A stretch of 64,000 nt of DNA from NCBI RefSeq assembly GCF_006345805.1, contig NC_043018.1:18290001-18354000 (forward strand), given 5' to 3'. Origin of the DNA: Octopus sinensis. Lineage: Eukaryota. Of this stretch, positions 14,184 through 28,119 are shown in pieces (the stretch's first letter is position 1; each line of letters begins with the position of its first letter). Below the pieces are notes generated by a model. That model was not told where the DNA came from and did not search any database. It worked only from the letters and a program-made list of their open reading frames with translations. The position numbers were made by a program, and so were the translations under genes.

Positions 14184-15792
14184 TACATTGGTACAAACAG
14201 TTTAATTCATGCCTTATGGAACGTTGCAACATTATACTAGCATGCAAACGTCGTTCCATCTTATAAACGTTGCAATGGCTGATGTTTGGCCAATTAGATT
14301 CAAGATTATATAATTACAATTTGTGTTTAACGGAGTCAGCCTAAAGAGGGTGGAATACAATTTTATTGCGAGGCTATCAAATTATCTTTGTCACAAATAT
14401 TCAGGCACCATACAAGCGTTTTATTTTATTGTCACATTTAGTCTAAAGACGTTTTAAATCAAACGAATACGTACTTCTCATGCGCATGTCCATTAAATTC
14501 TTTTATTCTGCATTTTAGGATTCGACCACAAAATCTCTTGCCTGTTATTTTGACGCTAAAAGCAAATTCTTACCATATCTGGTTTATATCTTTCCATTTA
14601 CCTTTCTTGAATAGTTTAATCTCGACAACTGAAAATGAATTTCCGTCGCTAGTTAAAGATAGATAACACAGGATCGAATAGAAAATATATATTCACATTT
14701 TCTGAAACAAAAGTGTTTCAGGAAGGTAAAAAAAAAAAAGGGACATGAATTGGAATGCAAATAACATAAAGTAGGCTGCCGATTTTTTATTTAAAAAAAA
14801 ATTTTATGCATTTATTTTTTTTAAGTAAAATGTTTTCGCGGTGAAATTTCGAAAACAATAAACCCAATCTGTTTCTTAAACGAGGGACATATTCATACGG
14901 CACAGAATGTTTTTTCTTACCTCAATGGACGTCAGTGATTGGTTGAAATTGCAGAAATTGAAGAAAAAAAACAACAAATATCTTACAAACTATAGAATTT
15001 TCTCAATAAAGCCAAGAGAAAAAGATGTTTTAGAAACACATTCTACCAGTATACGAAGTTTAAAAGTGTTTAGTTACGTGGAAATTATGTTAAAAACTGC
15101 CGTTCAAACCGAAAAGATCCTACATTAGTACAAGCAGTTTAATTCAGGCCTTATGGAACGTTGCAACATTATACTAGCATGCAAACGTCGTTCTATCTTA
15201 TAAACGTTGCAATGGCTGATGTTTGGCCAATTAGATTCAAGATTATATAATTACAATTTGTGTTTAACGGAGTCAGCCTAAAGAGGGTGGAATACAATTT
15301 TATTGCGAGGCAATCAAATTATCTTTGTCACAAATATTCAGGCACCATACAAGCGTTTTATTTTATTGTCACATTTAGTCTAAAAACGTTTTAAATCAAA
15401 CGAATACGTACTTCTCATGCGCATGTCCATTAAATTCTTTTATTCTGCATTTTAGGATTCGACCACAAAATCTCTTACCTGTTATTTGGACGCTAAAAGC
15501 AAATTCTTACCATATCTGGTTTATATCTTTCCGTCTACCTTTCTTCAATAGTTTAATCTCGACAACTGAAAATGAATTTCCGTCGCTAGTTAAAGATAGA
15601 TAACACAGGATCGAATAGAAAATATATATTCACATTTTCTGAAACAAAAGTGTTTCAGGAAGGTAAAAAAAAGGGGACATGAATTGGAATGCAAATAACA
15701 TAAAGTAAGCTGCTGATTTTTTGATTTTTTAAAAGTTTTATGCATTCATTTTTTTATAAGTAAAATGTTTTCGCGGTGAAATTTCGAAAACA
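13921..15792. repeat. Tandem duplication, unit ~935 bp
   Basis: 13921-14856 and 14857-15792 align end to end with few substitutions. Confidence 0.95.
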
Positions 15793-15904
15793 GGATTCAA
15801 AATGAATATATTGTATTCAAATTGATCCCAGATTAACAGATGAAAATATAAGCTGTAGTATAACACAATACAGTTGATCTGGTTGTCCCTTAATATTATT
15901 CCAC

Positions 15905-16065
15905 GGATAAAATGTTTAGCGACATTTCGTCCGTCTTTACGTTCAAATTCCGCCGACGTCGACTTTACCTTTTTTCGTTTTGGAGTCGATAAAATAAGTA
16001 CCAACTGAGCACAGGGCCCGATGTAATCGACCTAGCATCTAACCCAAAATTGCTTGTGCCAAAAT
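15905..16065 (+). mobile_element. SINE family B fragment
   Basis: catttcgtccgtctttacgttcaaattccgccgacgtcgactttacc motif. Confidence 0.7.
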
Positions 16066-19000
16066 TTGAAACCAATATTATTCCACGAACAATTATTTTG
16101 TTACGTGTCGTTATCTGTAAATGTGAGACTTTTCCTTCAGAAAACGTCCTTAGTTGAATTAATGGAATTTAGTTCAAATGTTTGTGGCAGACTTCTTCCG
16201 TTTTTCTTCCAGTCAGAATTACTGACATCTCAAAGAATTGGAAAATACCGTAAAAAGTACAACACGACATTATGGAAGCATGTGAGTACTTTCTAAAATC
16301 TCTTATGTTTGTTTCTTTTTCACAACGTAAGGCATTGCCAGTGAAATATAACCAGAGAGGCGGGTAGCATCTCATCGATACGTTAACAAACCAGTTGTAC
16401 GTTCGATTTTTCTGAACTTTGTTTCATGTTAATTTACTAACATAAACATATATTTTACTGTTCAATCTTTGCTGAGACAATATTAAAAATATATAAATTC
16501 CGACCGATCTCGGGAAACAGATTCAAAATTAAACAGCGTTCACTGACCCTATTTCTACCGTAGATTCTAAACGTTCAACTCTTTCAAATAATTTCTAACA
16601 AATTGTCTTTCGGAGGCAAATCGATTTTGGGAATTTGATTTTTTTTTAAACATACCCATTGAAATTCTTTGATTTTGCTTTTATTTTTGCGTAGCACGTT
16701 CAGTTTGCCTGGTTTTCATTAAATATTATTAATCATTGTGATCTGAACGTTGAAAAATCCCTCTTTAATTTTACTTTTTTACGCTATTTCAATTCAAATT
16801 TCAGTTATATAAATTTTAGTGGCGTCCGAAAGTTAAAATTAAATTTTCACACTCAGCAATCCAGTTGATGTATGATGCAAATATATTTCCGCAACTGGTT
16901 GGCAAAAGTATCTTACCGATTCAGCTTAACCGCAATGTCTGTGGGAAACGAAATGTCTTTGCCTTAATGATATAATCATCTGACAACCTTTTATAGTATT
17001 GGCTTGTCACAATTCAACGGTTATTATGTAATACTGAAATTGTTTCCGCTGTATTAAGCTACCAACTTTATTATATCTCTTTATATATTTCTACTTTGGT
17101 TCAGAAATATTGTGAGAACTTTTTCACGATCTTCCAGTATTTCGAAGTAAGACTGAATCTTCACCTCATTCAGTTTTTGGTAATTTCTGACAGGAAAGCT
17201 TGTGCACAGTTTGACACTCGTCCATATAACGATAGGTTTCGACTCGGTTTCGAGCCTTTGGTTCTTGGTCAGAGACTACGGTTTTTTAAGCCTAAACAAT
17301 TCCCCTTTCCTCTGTTCTGCCTAATAGTGGTATATCAAGTGACCTTTCTTGCCGACCCTTTTTGCATTGCATTTAGTAATCCCGTTTTTATGCCTATACT
17401 TTTAAAAATTATTTCAATATATTTTCCTATCCACTCCTCGCTTCCCTCAGCTCTCTTTAACTTCAGCCCGCTACTGTTTTATAAATCTTATCTAAAGAAG
17501 GAAGATCCAGGTTTTTATGCTTTTGGTTTGTAAATATTCATTACAATTTTCGGATCTACCTAAATACAGAGGTCCCGCTTAAATACGATATGAAGCAGAG
17601 GGTTTGTTGTTAAGGTTGCGGTTGGCTAGGGTGTCCTTACACGTCAACACAGCGTAAATTTAAAATGTTTTGTACATAACACCAGTATTTCAGATGCACC
17701 ATTAAGAGACTTCTGTATTTAATTAGTACCCAATTTTCTTTTAGTCTTTGCTGGTTATTTTGGAAGTTCTACTTCCTCCCTTATATGGTGGTAAAATACC
17801 CAATCTTTCAGTTGTTTTCATGGCTGTACTGCGTTCGAAAATAATCCTTTCTCGTCTGTATGATATGTTTTACAGTAATTTACGGACTTTAGGAGAGCTC
17901 TCTCTTTCTCCCCCTGTTCGTGGCAATAATAACACCTTATATGCCATAGTGCGCCATGTGGGCTCCTCTTCGTTTTGATGGATAGGTATGTGTATGCATA
18001 TTCCCAATGATACCCGAATAAAATGAGCTATTTTAGATCCTGAAATTACAGTAGGAAGACGAGAAGAGAATTGGGAGTTTAAGAATCCTGATTGTGACAC
18101 GTCGTGTCAACCTGGGCATTGAACACGCTATCATTAATTACCAGCCGTGGGGCTTGTAGCAGAAGTGTAACAGAAGACTGAGATCCCCAGAGATGCCTAC
18201 CATAAATATAGCTTCCTTACTTGGGTTCTCTTTTCTTGGTGGAGTCATGAGGGCTACCGTCTTGGTATATGATATGTTGGGTATTTTAAAGTTGGTGGGG
18301 ACTATCTTTCATCAGGTCTAACATAGCCAGAGAGAAAGACAGATGGATGGAGAGAGAGAAAAAAAGAAAGAAAGAGTGGATGAATGACAGGAATACTGAC
18401 AGACAGAGAGGTTTGCAGGGAGAGAGAGAAAGAGTGAGTGAGTGAATGAAAGAGTGTGAGAGACAGGCAGTGAGAAAAAGAGAAAAGAATTTGTTATAGC
18501 TTAGGACAAATACTTTAGCTATTGACACAAAGAGATAAAAAGAATTAGGTGGGTTTTGAACAGAGCAGAAATGAAAGTCTTCTGTCTGGTACCCTAGATT
18601 CCCCCAGTTCCCTTCTCCCCTCCCAAACCTCTCTCTGATAAGTGGTACACTTGGTATTATTAGCAAGGTGGTCTTTTCCCCCCTGCAAACCGCGTTCCAT
18701 ATTGAATATCTTTCAGAGCAGGAACCTGTCTTGTGGCTTCTCCATATGCACTAACTTTGTGCCATAAAACAGATATGTCCAACTAAACTTAAAATTATAG
18801 AATGTATTTGTCTCGAACAATAAAACTTTATATTAAACTTCAGGAAGAATCCGAGCGGTTTTTTTTTGTCTCATAAAATAATCGAATAAAAGATATGAGC
18901 TGAGAAATATTATCACAGTGAGCCATATTCCCCAAATAACTATCATTATCAGTTTTATTTTAAACGTCATATACATTAACAGAAGAAAAGGATTCGCCCA

Positions 19001-19292
19001 ATCTAAAACTTTTATACTCTGCTGATTGGCTCTCAATAATGATTCACCCAAAAAATATAATTTCATAACCAGATATTAAATTATTTCAGAATCTTTAAGA
19101 CTCTGAAGTCATAAAACAACAATATAAATGTTTCTATTTCATTAATCTCTTCTTTTTTGGATTCCAGAACTGCAAATAAAAGTATGATGAATGATTTTAA
19201 TTAATTCTTTTTAGGATACTTTAAAACATGCAACACACACACACACATCTTTACATTTTTATCATGCAGACACACACTATACTGTTATATCA

Positions 19293-19309
<17 letters not shown>

Positions 19310-19356
<47 letters not shown>

Positions 19357-19459
19357 ATGTATATGTCTTGTATATATATATATATATATATAATATATAA
19401 TGTATATGTCTTGTATATATATATATATTATATATATATAATGTATATGTCTTGTATAT

Positions 19460-19493
<34 letters not shown>

Positions 19494-19595
19494 ATGTATA
19501 TGTCTTGTATATAGATATATAATGTATATGTCTTGTATATATATATATATAATGTATATGTCTTGTATATATATATATATATAATGTATATGTCT

Positions 19596-19630
<35 letters not shown>
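19310..19630. repeat. VNTR: ataatgtatatgtcttg + variable (TA)n
   Basis: Unit repeated about eight times. Confidence 0.9.
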
Positions 19631-19632
<2 letters not shown>

Positions 19633-19769
19633 CTTACATCTGCCTGCTCTGCTGGGATATGTTGCATCATGCCAATATATTTAGACACTCCTATACACTA
19701 CAGTCATACATATAAACATAGATATACATTTGTCTCACTGAAGCACAAATATTGATTTTCTGTGTGTAT

Positions 19770-19778
19770 GTATATATA

Positions 19779-19814
<36 letters not shown>

Positions 19815-19816
19815 TG

Positions 19817-19848
<32 letters not shown>

Positions 19849-19886
19849 TGTATGTATATATATATGTATGTATATATATATGTATG

Positions 19887-19926
<40 letters not shown>

Positions 19927-20003
19927 TGTATGTGTATATATATGTATGTATATATATATATGTATGTATATATATATATGTATGTATATATATATATGTA
20001 TGT

Positions 20004-20067
<64 letters not shown>

Positions 20068-20098
20068 GTATATATATATATGTATGTATGTATATATG

Positions 20099-20151
<53 letters not shown>

Positions 20152-20274
20152 GTATGTATATGTATGTATGTATGTATATATATGTATGTATGTATATATA
20201 TGTATGTATGTATATATATGTATGTATGTATGTATATATATGTATGTATGTATGTATATATATATGTATGTATG

Positions 20275-20345
<71 letters not shown>

Positions 20346-20584
20346 GTATATATATATGTATGTATATATATATGTATGTATATATATATGTATGTATATA
20401 TATATGTATGTATATATATATATATGTATGTATATATATATATGTATGTATGTATATATATGTATGTATGTATATGTATGTATGTATGTATATGTATGTA
20501 TGTATGTATATGTATGTATGTATGTATATGTATGTATGTATATATATGTATGTATGTATATATATGTATGTATGTATATATATG

Positions 20585-20623
<39 letters not shown>

Positions 20624-20732
20624 GTATATATATATGTATGTATATATATATGTATGTATGTATATATGTATGTATATATATATGTGTATGTATGTATGTG
20701 ATATATATATGTATGTATGTATATATGTATGC

Positions 20733-20770
<38 letters not shown>
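19770..20770. repeat. (TATG/TA)n compound microsatellite, ~1 kb
   Basis: Direct. Confidence 0.95.
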
Positions 20771-20779
<9 letters not shown>

Positions 20780-21167
20780 CTTTATCAACATGTGGCCTCA
20801 TAAAAACATATATATATATATACAGACATATCTCAGATATATCCACATATACACTCACATACAGAGAAATATCTAGATAGTTTATACATTACGTATATAT
20901 ATTTACATATTTACAGATGTATGCATTCATGTGTATGTATATATATGTTTATATGTATATATACATGTATGTATTACAATAAACAATCTTTGTATAATTA
21001 CAGATCATGAAAGTAAGCATAAAAATCAAGAAGGCATTTTGTTCATCTTTTATTAATGAAAGCCATAAAACCCGATTATCTTTTGTCGCTCTCCTCTTCC
21101 TGCATTTTACCATTCCTGACTTCCTCTGCAACCACCCCCACCCAATCCAAAACTTCACTCACTGCTC

Positions 21168-21212
<45 letters not shown>

Positions 21213-21504
21213 TGTTGTGTGTGTGTGTGCATGGCAGTGTATGTGTGTCTGTGTGTGCGCATATGTTCCAATCTGTTTGATGGACACACCAAAGAGCAAA
21301 CGGCATGTGTGTGTGTTTTTTGTGTGTGTGTGTCTGTCTGTCTGTCTATTTATGCTTGGATGTGTGAGTGTGTGTGTGTGTGTTTTATGGCGAGGTGTAC
21401 TCAATACCAGGCACACATTCTTATAAAGCAGACAATTCTTTGATTGTGTGAAGGAGCCAACTATCAGCATTTTTCGGTCTCTTTAAAAACCCCATCAGTA
21501 TATA

Positions 21505-21918
21505 TTTCTTTATTGCCCACAAGGGGCTAAACATAGAGGGGACAAACAAGAACAGACAAAGGGTTTAAGTTGATTACATCGACCCCAGTGCGAAACTGGT
21601 ACTTTATTTATCGACCCCGAAAGGATGAAAGGCAAAGACGACCTCAGCGGAATTTGAACTCAGAACGTAACGGCAGACGAAATACGTATTTCTTTACTAC
21701 CCACAAGGGGCTAAACATAGAGGGGACAAACAAGGACAGACATAGGTATTAAGTCGATTACATCGACCCCAGTGCGTAACTGGTACTTTATTTATCGACC
21801 CCAAAAGGATGAAAGGCAAAGACGATCTCAGCAGAATTTGAACTCAGAACGTAACGGCAGACGAAATACGGCTACGCATTTCGCCTGGCGTGCTAACGTT
21901 TCTACAAGCTCGCCGCCT
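21505..21918 (-). mobile_element. SINE family B with tandemly repeated body
   Basis: Two ~185-bp body units plus head on the minus strand. Confidence 0.85.
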
Positions 21919-21921
21919 TAA

Positions 21922-22140
21922 TCCTTTAGTTTTTAAACCGGCCATATCCGGCCAAAATAGCTAATCTGTTTTATGTTCAAACTGACCAGATCCAGGCTCT
22001 CACACCTACCCTACAATGTTATTCCACATTAAGTAATTACACCATCAAGATCTTGAAGATATGAGATAATGCATGATTAATTCAAATCAATGGGAATCAA
22101 TAAGCATTATGTTTGATAGAATAATCTGAACACTAAAGGG
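21922..22140. mobile_element. piggyBac-type MITE
   Basis: TTAA on both sides; termini (t)cctttagt ... actaaaggg. Confidence 0.65.
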
Positions 22141-22171
22141 TTAAACCCCGTCAGTATAACTTAGTCCTACC

Positions 22172-22385
22172 TTGGCAACAGCTCAGTTTTTTTGCATTTT
22201 CATACACTTTCACCGGCCATGAGGATTTGTAATTACACCTCTAATGATGAAAATCTGTTTGCAAATTGTCTTAATTAAAATCTTCTCGCTTTCTTGAGGG
22301 TCTCTAAGATTTGCTTTAGGTTTTGTGTTGTCTCCAACTTGGAGAGAAACTTTGGTAAATTACATGCTGTGTACAGTATTCAGAA
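22172..22385 (-). pseudogene. CNG-family channel relic, repeat 4 pore + S6
   Basis: NTVHSM*FTKVSLQVGDNTKP...KQIFIIRGVITN resembles CNG YSLYWSTLTLTTIGETPPP...IFATIVGNIGSMISN; in-frame stop. Confidence 0.5.
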
Positions 22386-22970
22386 CGCCACTCTTTGCTA
22401 TTTCTCATTGCATGTGTGTTTTGCATATATCTGCATACTATATATGTGCATATGTATCATAAACACGTAATGTGTGTGCATGTGTATTACATACATGTGT
22501 ATGTGTGTGCTTTTATGCCTATTATGTATGCATGTAGTATGCATATTGTATGCATATGTATTGTGTATTGTGCATATTTGCATGCATCATTGCATTGTAA
22601 TGTGTATGTCTTGTATATATATGCATGTATTATGCATCATAAATATCTATTATACACATGCATATACATTATGTTTGCATAGGTATTGTATATTGTGCAT
22701 ATTATGCATATTGCATGTGCATGTATTCGTGTATATCCAATGTGCATATTTGCATGTGTATGTATTGTGTATTATGCATATTGTGTGTGTGTGTGTGTGT
22801 GTGCATTGTACATGTATCTACATGGTTGTAGATTTTATAAAAGCAGGAACATGTATAGAAAACAGCTTTTTACCTTAGGTACTTGGTGTCACAATATATT
22901 AAGAGTAAATATGAAATATAAAAATGTTCAAATTGTAAAAGAAAAGAGAAAAAATAAACCAAGACTTTAC

Positions 22971-23065
22971 GAAAGGAAAAATTCTGGAGATTGGTGTAAA
23001 TACACAAGACCAAAAACCAAGTATTGACAGATAATGTGTTTTGAGAATCAATTTATTTTGGTCAG
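22971..23065 (-). pseudogene. CNG-family channel relic, repeat 4 S5
   Basis: KLILKTHYLSILGFWSCVFTPISR resembles [22 protein letters not shown]; ends at a gtaaag donor. Confidence 0.5.
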
Positions 23066-23234
23066 GTATGCGGCCTAAACAAAGTACATTAAAGATGCAT
23101 TTTTTCCATAGCTAAGAAAAGACGAAAATGAATAAAAGTGAGGCCTCCAAGTAAGCAATGAAATTCTAATAGTGCTGTACATTTTCAATTCCAAAGATTC
23201 CACCATTCTAAAAACACAACAATTGGAAGAAAAT

Positions 23235-23340
23235 TTTGTCAAGCCCTAAGAAAGTACAAATGATGTAGCGATAAGCTTTCTAGTATTCTCAAGTGAACAT
23301 AACCTTTTTTGCCTGATCTCTGAGGTCCATTGTTGATGGT
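23235..23340 (-). pseudogene. CNG-family channel relic, repeat 4 S4
   Basis: YVHLRILESLSLHHLYFLRA* has S4-like LR.L..L.L..L periodicity with eroded charges. Confidence 0.4.
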
Positions 23341-23581
23341 TATTTTTTATTAGAGACACTCTTCCATCTTTTGCTTGCTTGGATCATTGGACTGCAGCCC
23401 TGCTGATGCATGACGTTGAAAGGTTTAGATGAATAAATTGATCCCAGTACCTGTTATTTTAAAGCCTGGTACTCATTATATTGTTCTCTTTTTGACCAAG
23501 TGCTAAGTTATGGAGGTGTAAACAAGCCAACTCTGGTTGTCAAGCAGTGGTGGAGGAACAAACACGTAGATAATTCCTCAT

Positions 23582-24015
23582 CTGCATTGGTTAGTTACCG
23601 TCAAACTATCTAACCCATGCCAGCATGGAAGACAGGTGTTAAATGATTATGATGATGACTAGTATTACCTGTCATATGACAGATACCTTGGGAAGTGTAT
23701 TTTTGCCACCATTGTTGATAGCACAGAATAAAGCTTATCTACAATGATTATATGACTTTTATCAAATTCCTCTGTGCTTACACGAAATAATGAAATGAAT
23801 ATTAATTTTCAAAAGAAAGATATTTAATACTTTAAAATATAATCAAATACTACATATTTCTTATTTTTATATATATTATAAAAGTTATTATTCTGAATGT
23901 CAACATAATCGCAAACTACTTTGTCAAAAGCCTACGTCTGCTTTGCATATAAAAACAGTAATATTTTTCAGAAAGTTATGAACATTCATCCAGCATCTCA
24001 TATGTTAACACATAC
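23582..24015. repeat. Dispersed direct duplication (copy of 29337-29770)
   Basis: ~434 bp nearly identical at offset 5755; includes non-TE sequence and an exon-like segment. Confidence 0.95.
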
Positions 24016-24284
24016 ACAGATACACACTCACACACATACATACATATATCATCATCATCATCATCGTTTAGTGTCCATTTTCCATGTTGGCATGGGTTAG
24101 ATGGTTTGACAAGAGCTGAGGAGCTGTCCAGATTTTAATTGTCTAATGCAGTTCAATATTTAAGAGATGAGGAATTATGTACATTATTTACATTTGACGG
24201 ATATTTGTCCTCATCTTGTTTGTTGTTAACACAACGTTTCGGCTGATATACCCACCAGCCTTCAGACTTTAATATAATAGATAC

Positions 24285-25200
24285 GAATATGCACATGTAC
24301 GAACAGCCATGCTACACAGCAGTGAAACATGGGCCGTGACTGCTGAGGATATGCGTAAGCTTGCAAGAAATGAAGCCAGTATGCTCCGATGGATGTGTAA
24401 TGTCAGTGTTCATACCCGACAGAGTGTAAGTGCCTTGAGAGAAAAGCTGGAACTAAGAAGCATCAGATGTGGTGTGCAAGAGAGATGTCTACGCTGGTAC
24501 AGATACGTGGTAAGAATGGATGAAGATAGTTGTGTGAAAAAGTGCCACACCCTAGTGGTTGAGGGAACCTGTGGAAGAGGTAGACCCAGGAAAACCCGGG
24601 ACGAGGTGGTGAAGCACAACCATCGCTCTTTAGGTCTCACCGAGGAAATGACCAGAGACTGAGACCTTTGGAAGTATGCTGTGCGTGAGAAGACCTTCCT
24701 TTTTGGGACACATAACTCTACTTGTGAAGACCTGTTGAGGCAAGTGAAAATCAAAATCTATCAACATCAATGGAATTTGTAGTTGTAATACCAGTGCCGG
24801 TGGCACGTAAGAGGACCATCCGAACATGGCTGTAGCCAGTGCCGAGTGCCGGTGGCATGTAAGAGAACCATCCAAACGTGGTCGTAGCCGGCGGCACATA
24901 ACAAACACCATTCGATCGTTGCCGTTGCCAGCCTCGCCTGGCCTCCGTGCCGGTGGCACATAAAAAGCACCATCTGAGCATGGCCGTTCGCCAGCCTCGT
25001 TTGGCACCTGTGTCAGTGGCACGTAAAAAGCACCCACTACACTCACGGAATGGTTGGTGTTACAAAGGGCATCCAGCTGTAGAAACACTGCCAGATCTGA
25101 CTGGCCTGGTGCAGCCTCCGGGCTTTCCAGACCCCAGTTGAACCATCCAACCCATGCTAGCATGGAAAGCAGACGTTAAACGATGATGATGATGATGATG
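24285..25200 (+). mobile_element. 5'-truncated RTE-clade LINE
   Basis: ORF2 C-terminus (LHSSETWAVT...LRWMCNVS...LRWY..V.RM...GRGRPRKT..EVV...WKYAVREKT), then a 3' UTR with ~50-bp tandem units and a (GAT)n tail. Confidence 0.85.
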
Positions 25201-25201
25201 A

Positions 25202-25307
25202 AGGTGGCGAGCTGGTAGAAATGTTAGCACGCTGAGTGAAATGCTTAGCAGTATTTTGTCTGCCACTACGTTCTGAATTCAAATTCCGCCGAGGTCGACT
25301 TTGCCTT
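25202..25307 (+). mobile_element. SINE family B 5' part
   Basis: ggtggcgagctggtagaaatgttagcacgctgagtgaaatgc head. Confidence 0.75.
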
Positions 25308-25714
25308 TTTTTATTTATTTATTTATTTTGAGTCTGTATAAAAGGGAAAGTAAGTACGGATCCATTATGATTTATTATGAAGTTACTGATGATTAAGGAT
25401 AGAAAACAGGAATAACATGATGAACAAAGCATTAGGGGTTAGATATAAGGGACAGATACCTCAGAGTACAGAGGATGTATATTTTCATTCAAATATATAT
25501 TTACTAGACATTTCTGCATGTAAATATACGGGATGATATATTAAGGGGGTTAAAGCAAATTACTTGGCTGGAGTTCAATACATCTCACTAAAGCGATGTA
25601 TCGAAATCTCTTTTTAGCTCTAGAAGGTTTGTTCATCTGCTGTATGTAGACATAATGTTGCCTTATCTACACAAACACACACGAACATCAACAAACAAAC
25701 AAACACTCACTCAC

Positions 25715-25920
25715 GACTGTTAAACAGGTTGTTGAGGCAATGATTTTATGTCCTTGTCAATGGATCACAAAGAAAAGACTTGAAATACGGAATATCTGTT
25801 ACTATGGGTTACACAGACATTGAGTAGGTTTCTTTGTGGTTGTATGTAAGCCTCATGGTAACATATATTCTCTTCTCGTCTTCAGGAGTCTTATGTAAAT
25901 ATCTACACTTGAACTTTTAC
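25715..25920 (-). pseudogene. CNG-family channel relic, repeat 4 S2-S3
   Basis: Acceptor ctatgttag, donor gtgagt. MRLTYNHKETYSMSV*PIVTDIPYFKSFLCD resembles KCNH [38 protein letters not shown] occurs in another frame. Confidence 0.5.
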
Positions 25921-26264
25921 CTAACATAGCATAACGAGTTTAATTAACTTTTGCCCCATTAATTCTACACACAAGCAATTTCACTTAGTCATGAAAAGGA
26001 AAATGTTGGTCTCAGCACAAATACAATGGTGCGTGCAAGTATATGGCTGTATTTGCACATGGGTAGGTGTGCGTGTGTGCATGTGTGTGTACATGTGAAT
26101 ATAAATATATGAATATATATATATGCCAGCATGGACAAAAGGCTATAGAGGGGGGATGGTGATTTTATATATATATAATAATAAATATAGGGAATAAATC
26201 CAAATTTACAGGGAAAAATCAAATTTAGGATTAAATCCAATTTTATAGTAATATAAAATATAAA

Positions 26265-26540
26265 ATATATTATAGACAAAAACCACTATTTTGCAAAACA
26301 AACAGAAAGACTTAATCAATACATAAAATTTTAATAATAGTCAAAAAACCGCCACTACAATTGTTTCTGTCTTGATCGAAATCTTCAGTTTCAAATTATG
26401 AAGTAATTTTAAAATATGTAAATTGGAAGTCCATTAAGATTCGAGACAAGACCACTATTGGCGGTTTTGACTAATTAAAATTTTAGTATTGATTAAGTCT
26501 TTCCTTGTTTGTTTGCAAAATAGTGGTTTTGTCTCTAATA

Positions 26541-26545
<5 letters not shown>
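26265..26545. mobile_element. Inverted pair of Penelope-like terminal-repeat fragments
   Basis: ~26265-26355 is the reverse complement of ~26455-26545; a related fragment lies at 29940-30010; a hammerhead-like core sits in the spacer. Confidence 0.55.
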
Positions 26546-26580
<35 letters not shown>

Positions 26581-26761
26581 TATGTGTGTATGTGTGTGTA
26601 TATATATAACAATAATAATAATTTGTTATACAGGGAAAAATTATATATATATATATACATATATATAATTGAGGGATATTATTCCTAACTTACAGGGGAA
26701 AAATTATATATATATATACATATATATAATTTGAGGGAATATTATTCCTAACTTACAGGGA

Positions 26762-26807
<46 letters not shown>

Positions 26808-26899
26808 CATGCATGCATACATAAGGTGGTGCCCCAGCATGACCACAGTCTAATGACTGAAACAAATAAAAGATAAGGGATAGATAGATATTATATTAG

Positions 26900-27128
26900 G
26901 GTAGTGAGCTGGCAGAATCGTTAGCATGCCGGGCGAAATGCACACCGGTATTTCATCTACCGTTATGTTCAGAGTTCAAATTCTGCCAAAGTCGACTTTG
27001 CCTTTCATCTTTTCAGGGTCGATTAAATAAGTACCAGTTAATTATTGGGGTCGATGTAATCAACTTAATCCCTTTGTCTATCCTTGTTTGTCCTCTCTAT
27101 GTTTAGCCCCTGTGGGCAATAAAGAAAT
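26900..27128 (+). mobile_element. SINE family B
   Basis: Head and one body unit. Confidence 0.8.
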
Positions 27129-27149
27129 AGATATATATTATATGTATAA

Positions 27150-27460
27150 TCTTTTATTGGTTTGCCATTTGACTGTGGCCCTGCTGGAGCACTGCCTTTT
27201 AGTTTAACAAATCAACCCTTGGACTTATTCTATCTATTTGCCGAACTGCTAAGTTATGGGGATGTAAACAGACACACAAATATATATACTTGTATATACA
27301 ATGGGCTTCTTTCAGTTTCCGTCTACTAAATCTACTCACAAGGCTTTGGTCAGGTTGAGGCTAGGGTAGAAGATACTTGCCCAATGTACCACGCAGTTGA
27401 ACTGAATCTGGAACCATGTGGTTGGGAAGCAAGCTTCTTACCACACAGCCATGCCTGCAC
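27150..27460 (-). mobile_element. SINE family A, diverged
   Basis: Reverse-complement family A head and body. Confidence 0.75.
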
Positions 27461-27469
27461 CAACACACA

Positions 27470-27770
27470 CAGCATGGCCTAGTGGTTAGGGTATTGCACT
27501 CTTGATTGCCAGATTGTGGGTTTGATTCCCAGACTGAGCTCTGCATTGTGTTCTTGAGCAAAACACTTCATTTCCCATTGGTCCAGTTCACTCAGCCGTA
27601 AATACGTCACCCTGTGATAGAATAGCCTTCCAATCAGGTAGGAATGTTGGCCTTCTAACCAAGCCAGTGTGGTGGCATCATTCAAAAGCTAAAACGATGC
27701 AAAGTGCATTGTGACCAGTGATGTATAACAAGACCCAACTGTCTGGTCAATTGCATGGTATACAATCAAA
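27470..27770 (+). mobile_element. tRNA-derived SINE family D
   Basis: tRNA-like head gcatggcctagtggttagggt...gattcc followed by tgtgttcttgagcaaaacac; related to 51255-51440 and 58170-58375 (-). Confidence 0.7.
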
Positions 27771-28119
27771 TTAAATATCAGACTAATGAGTACTCAATAC
27801 AAATCATTATTGTTACATGTGTGTGTCTGGTGGGTACTAGTACCCCTTATCCTGACATCAGGTGATAGTTGTAAATGAGCATCACCATTCTACAAGCAGT
27901 GTTGTCTCCAATCTTCTGTGAAAACCCTATCTGACTATGGGAGGAAATTACATTGCTTTATGACTGGAAAGCATCTGGCTGTAGAAAAACTAATCTTGAA
28001 GAATTCTGTCAGATGCATACGAGCATAAACACAGATTCAGCAATGGATACAAAAGCAGGTGTACACAGGTGTGTGTTTTTGTGTCATGATCAGCAATTAA
28101 GTAGTATGAATGCTTCTAC

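Noticed and set aside
18833-19066. YFLGESLL as a possible repeat 4 CNBD of the channel relic
   Set aside because: Single short motif with no convincing flanking match; left outside the relic call.
27470-27545. tRNA genes at SINE heads (also 28182 and 51255)
   Set aside because: tRNA-like A/B-box heads continue into SINE bodies and lack a complete cloverleaf.
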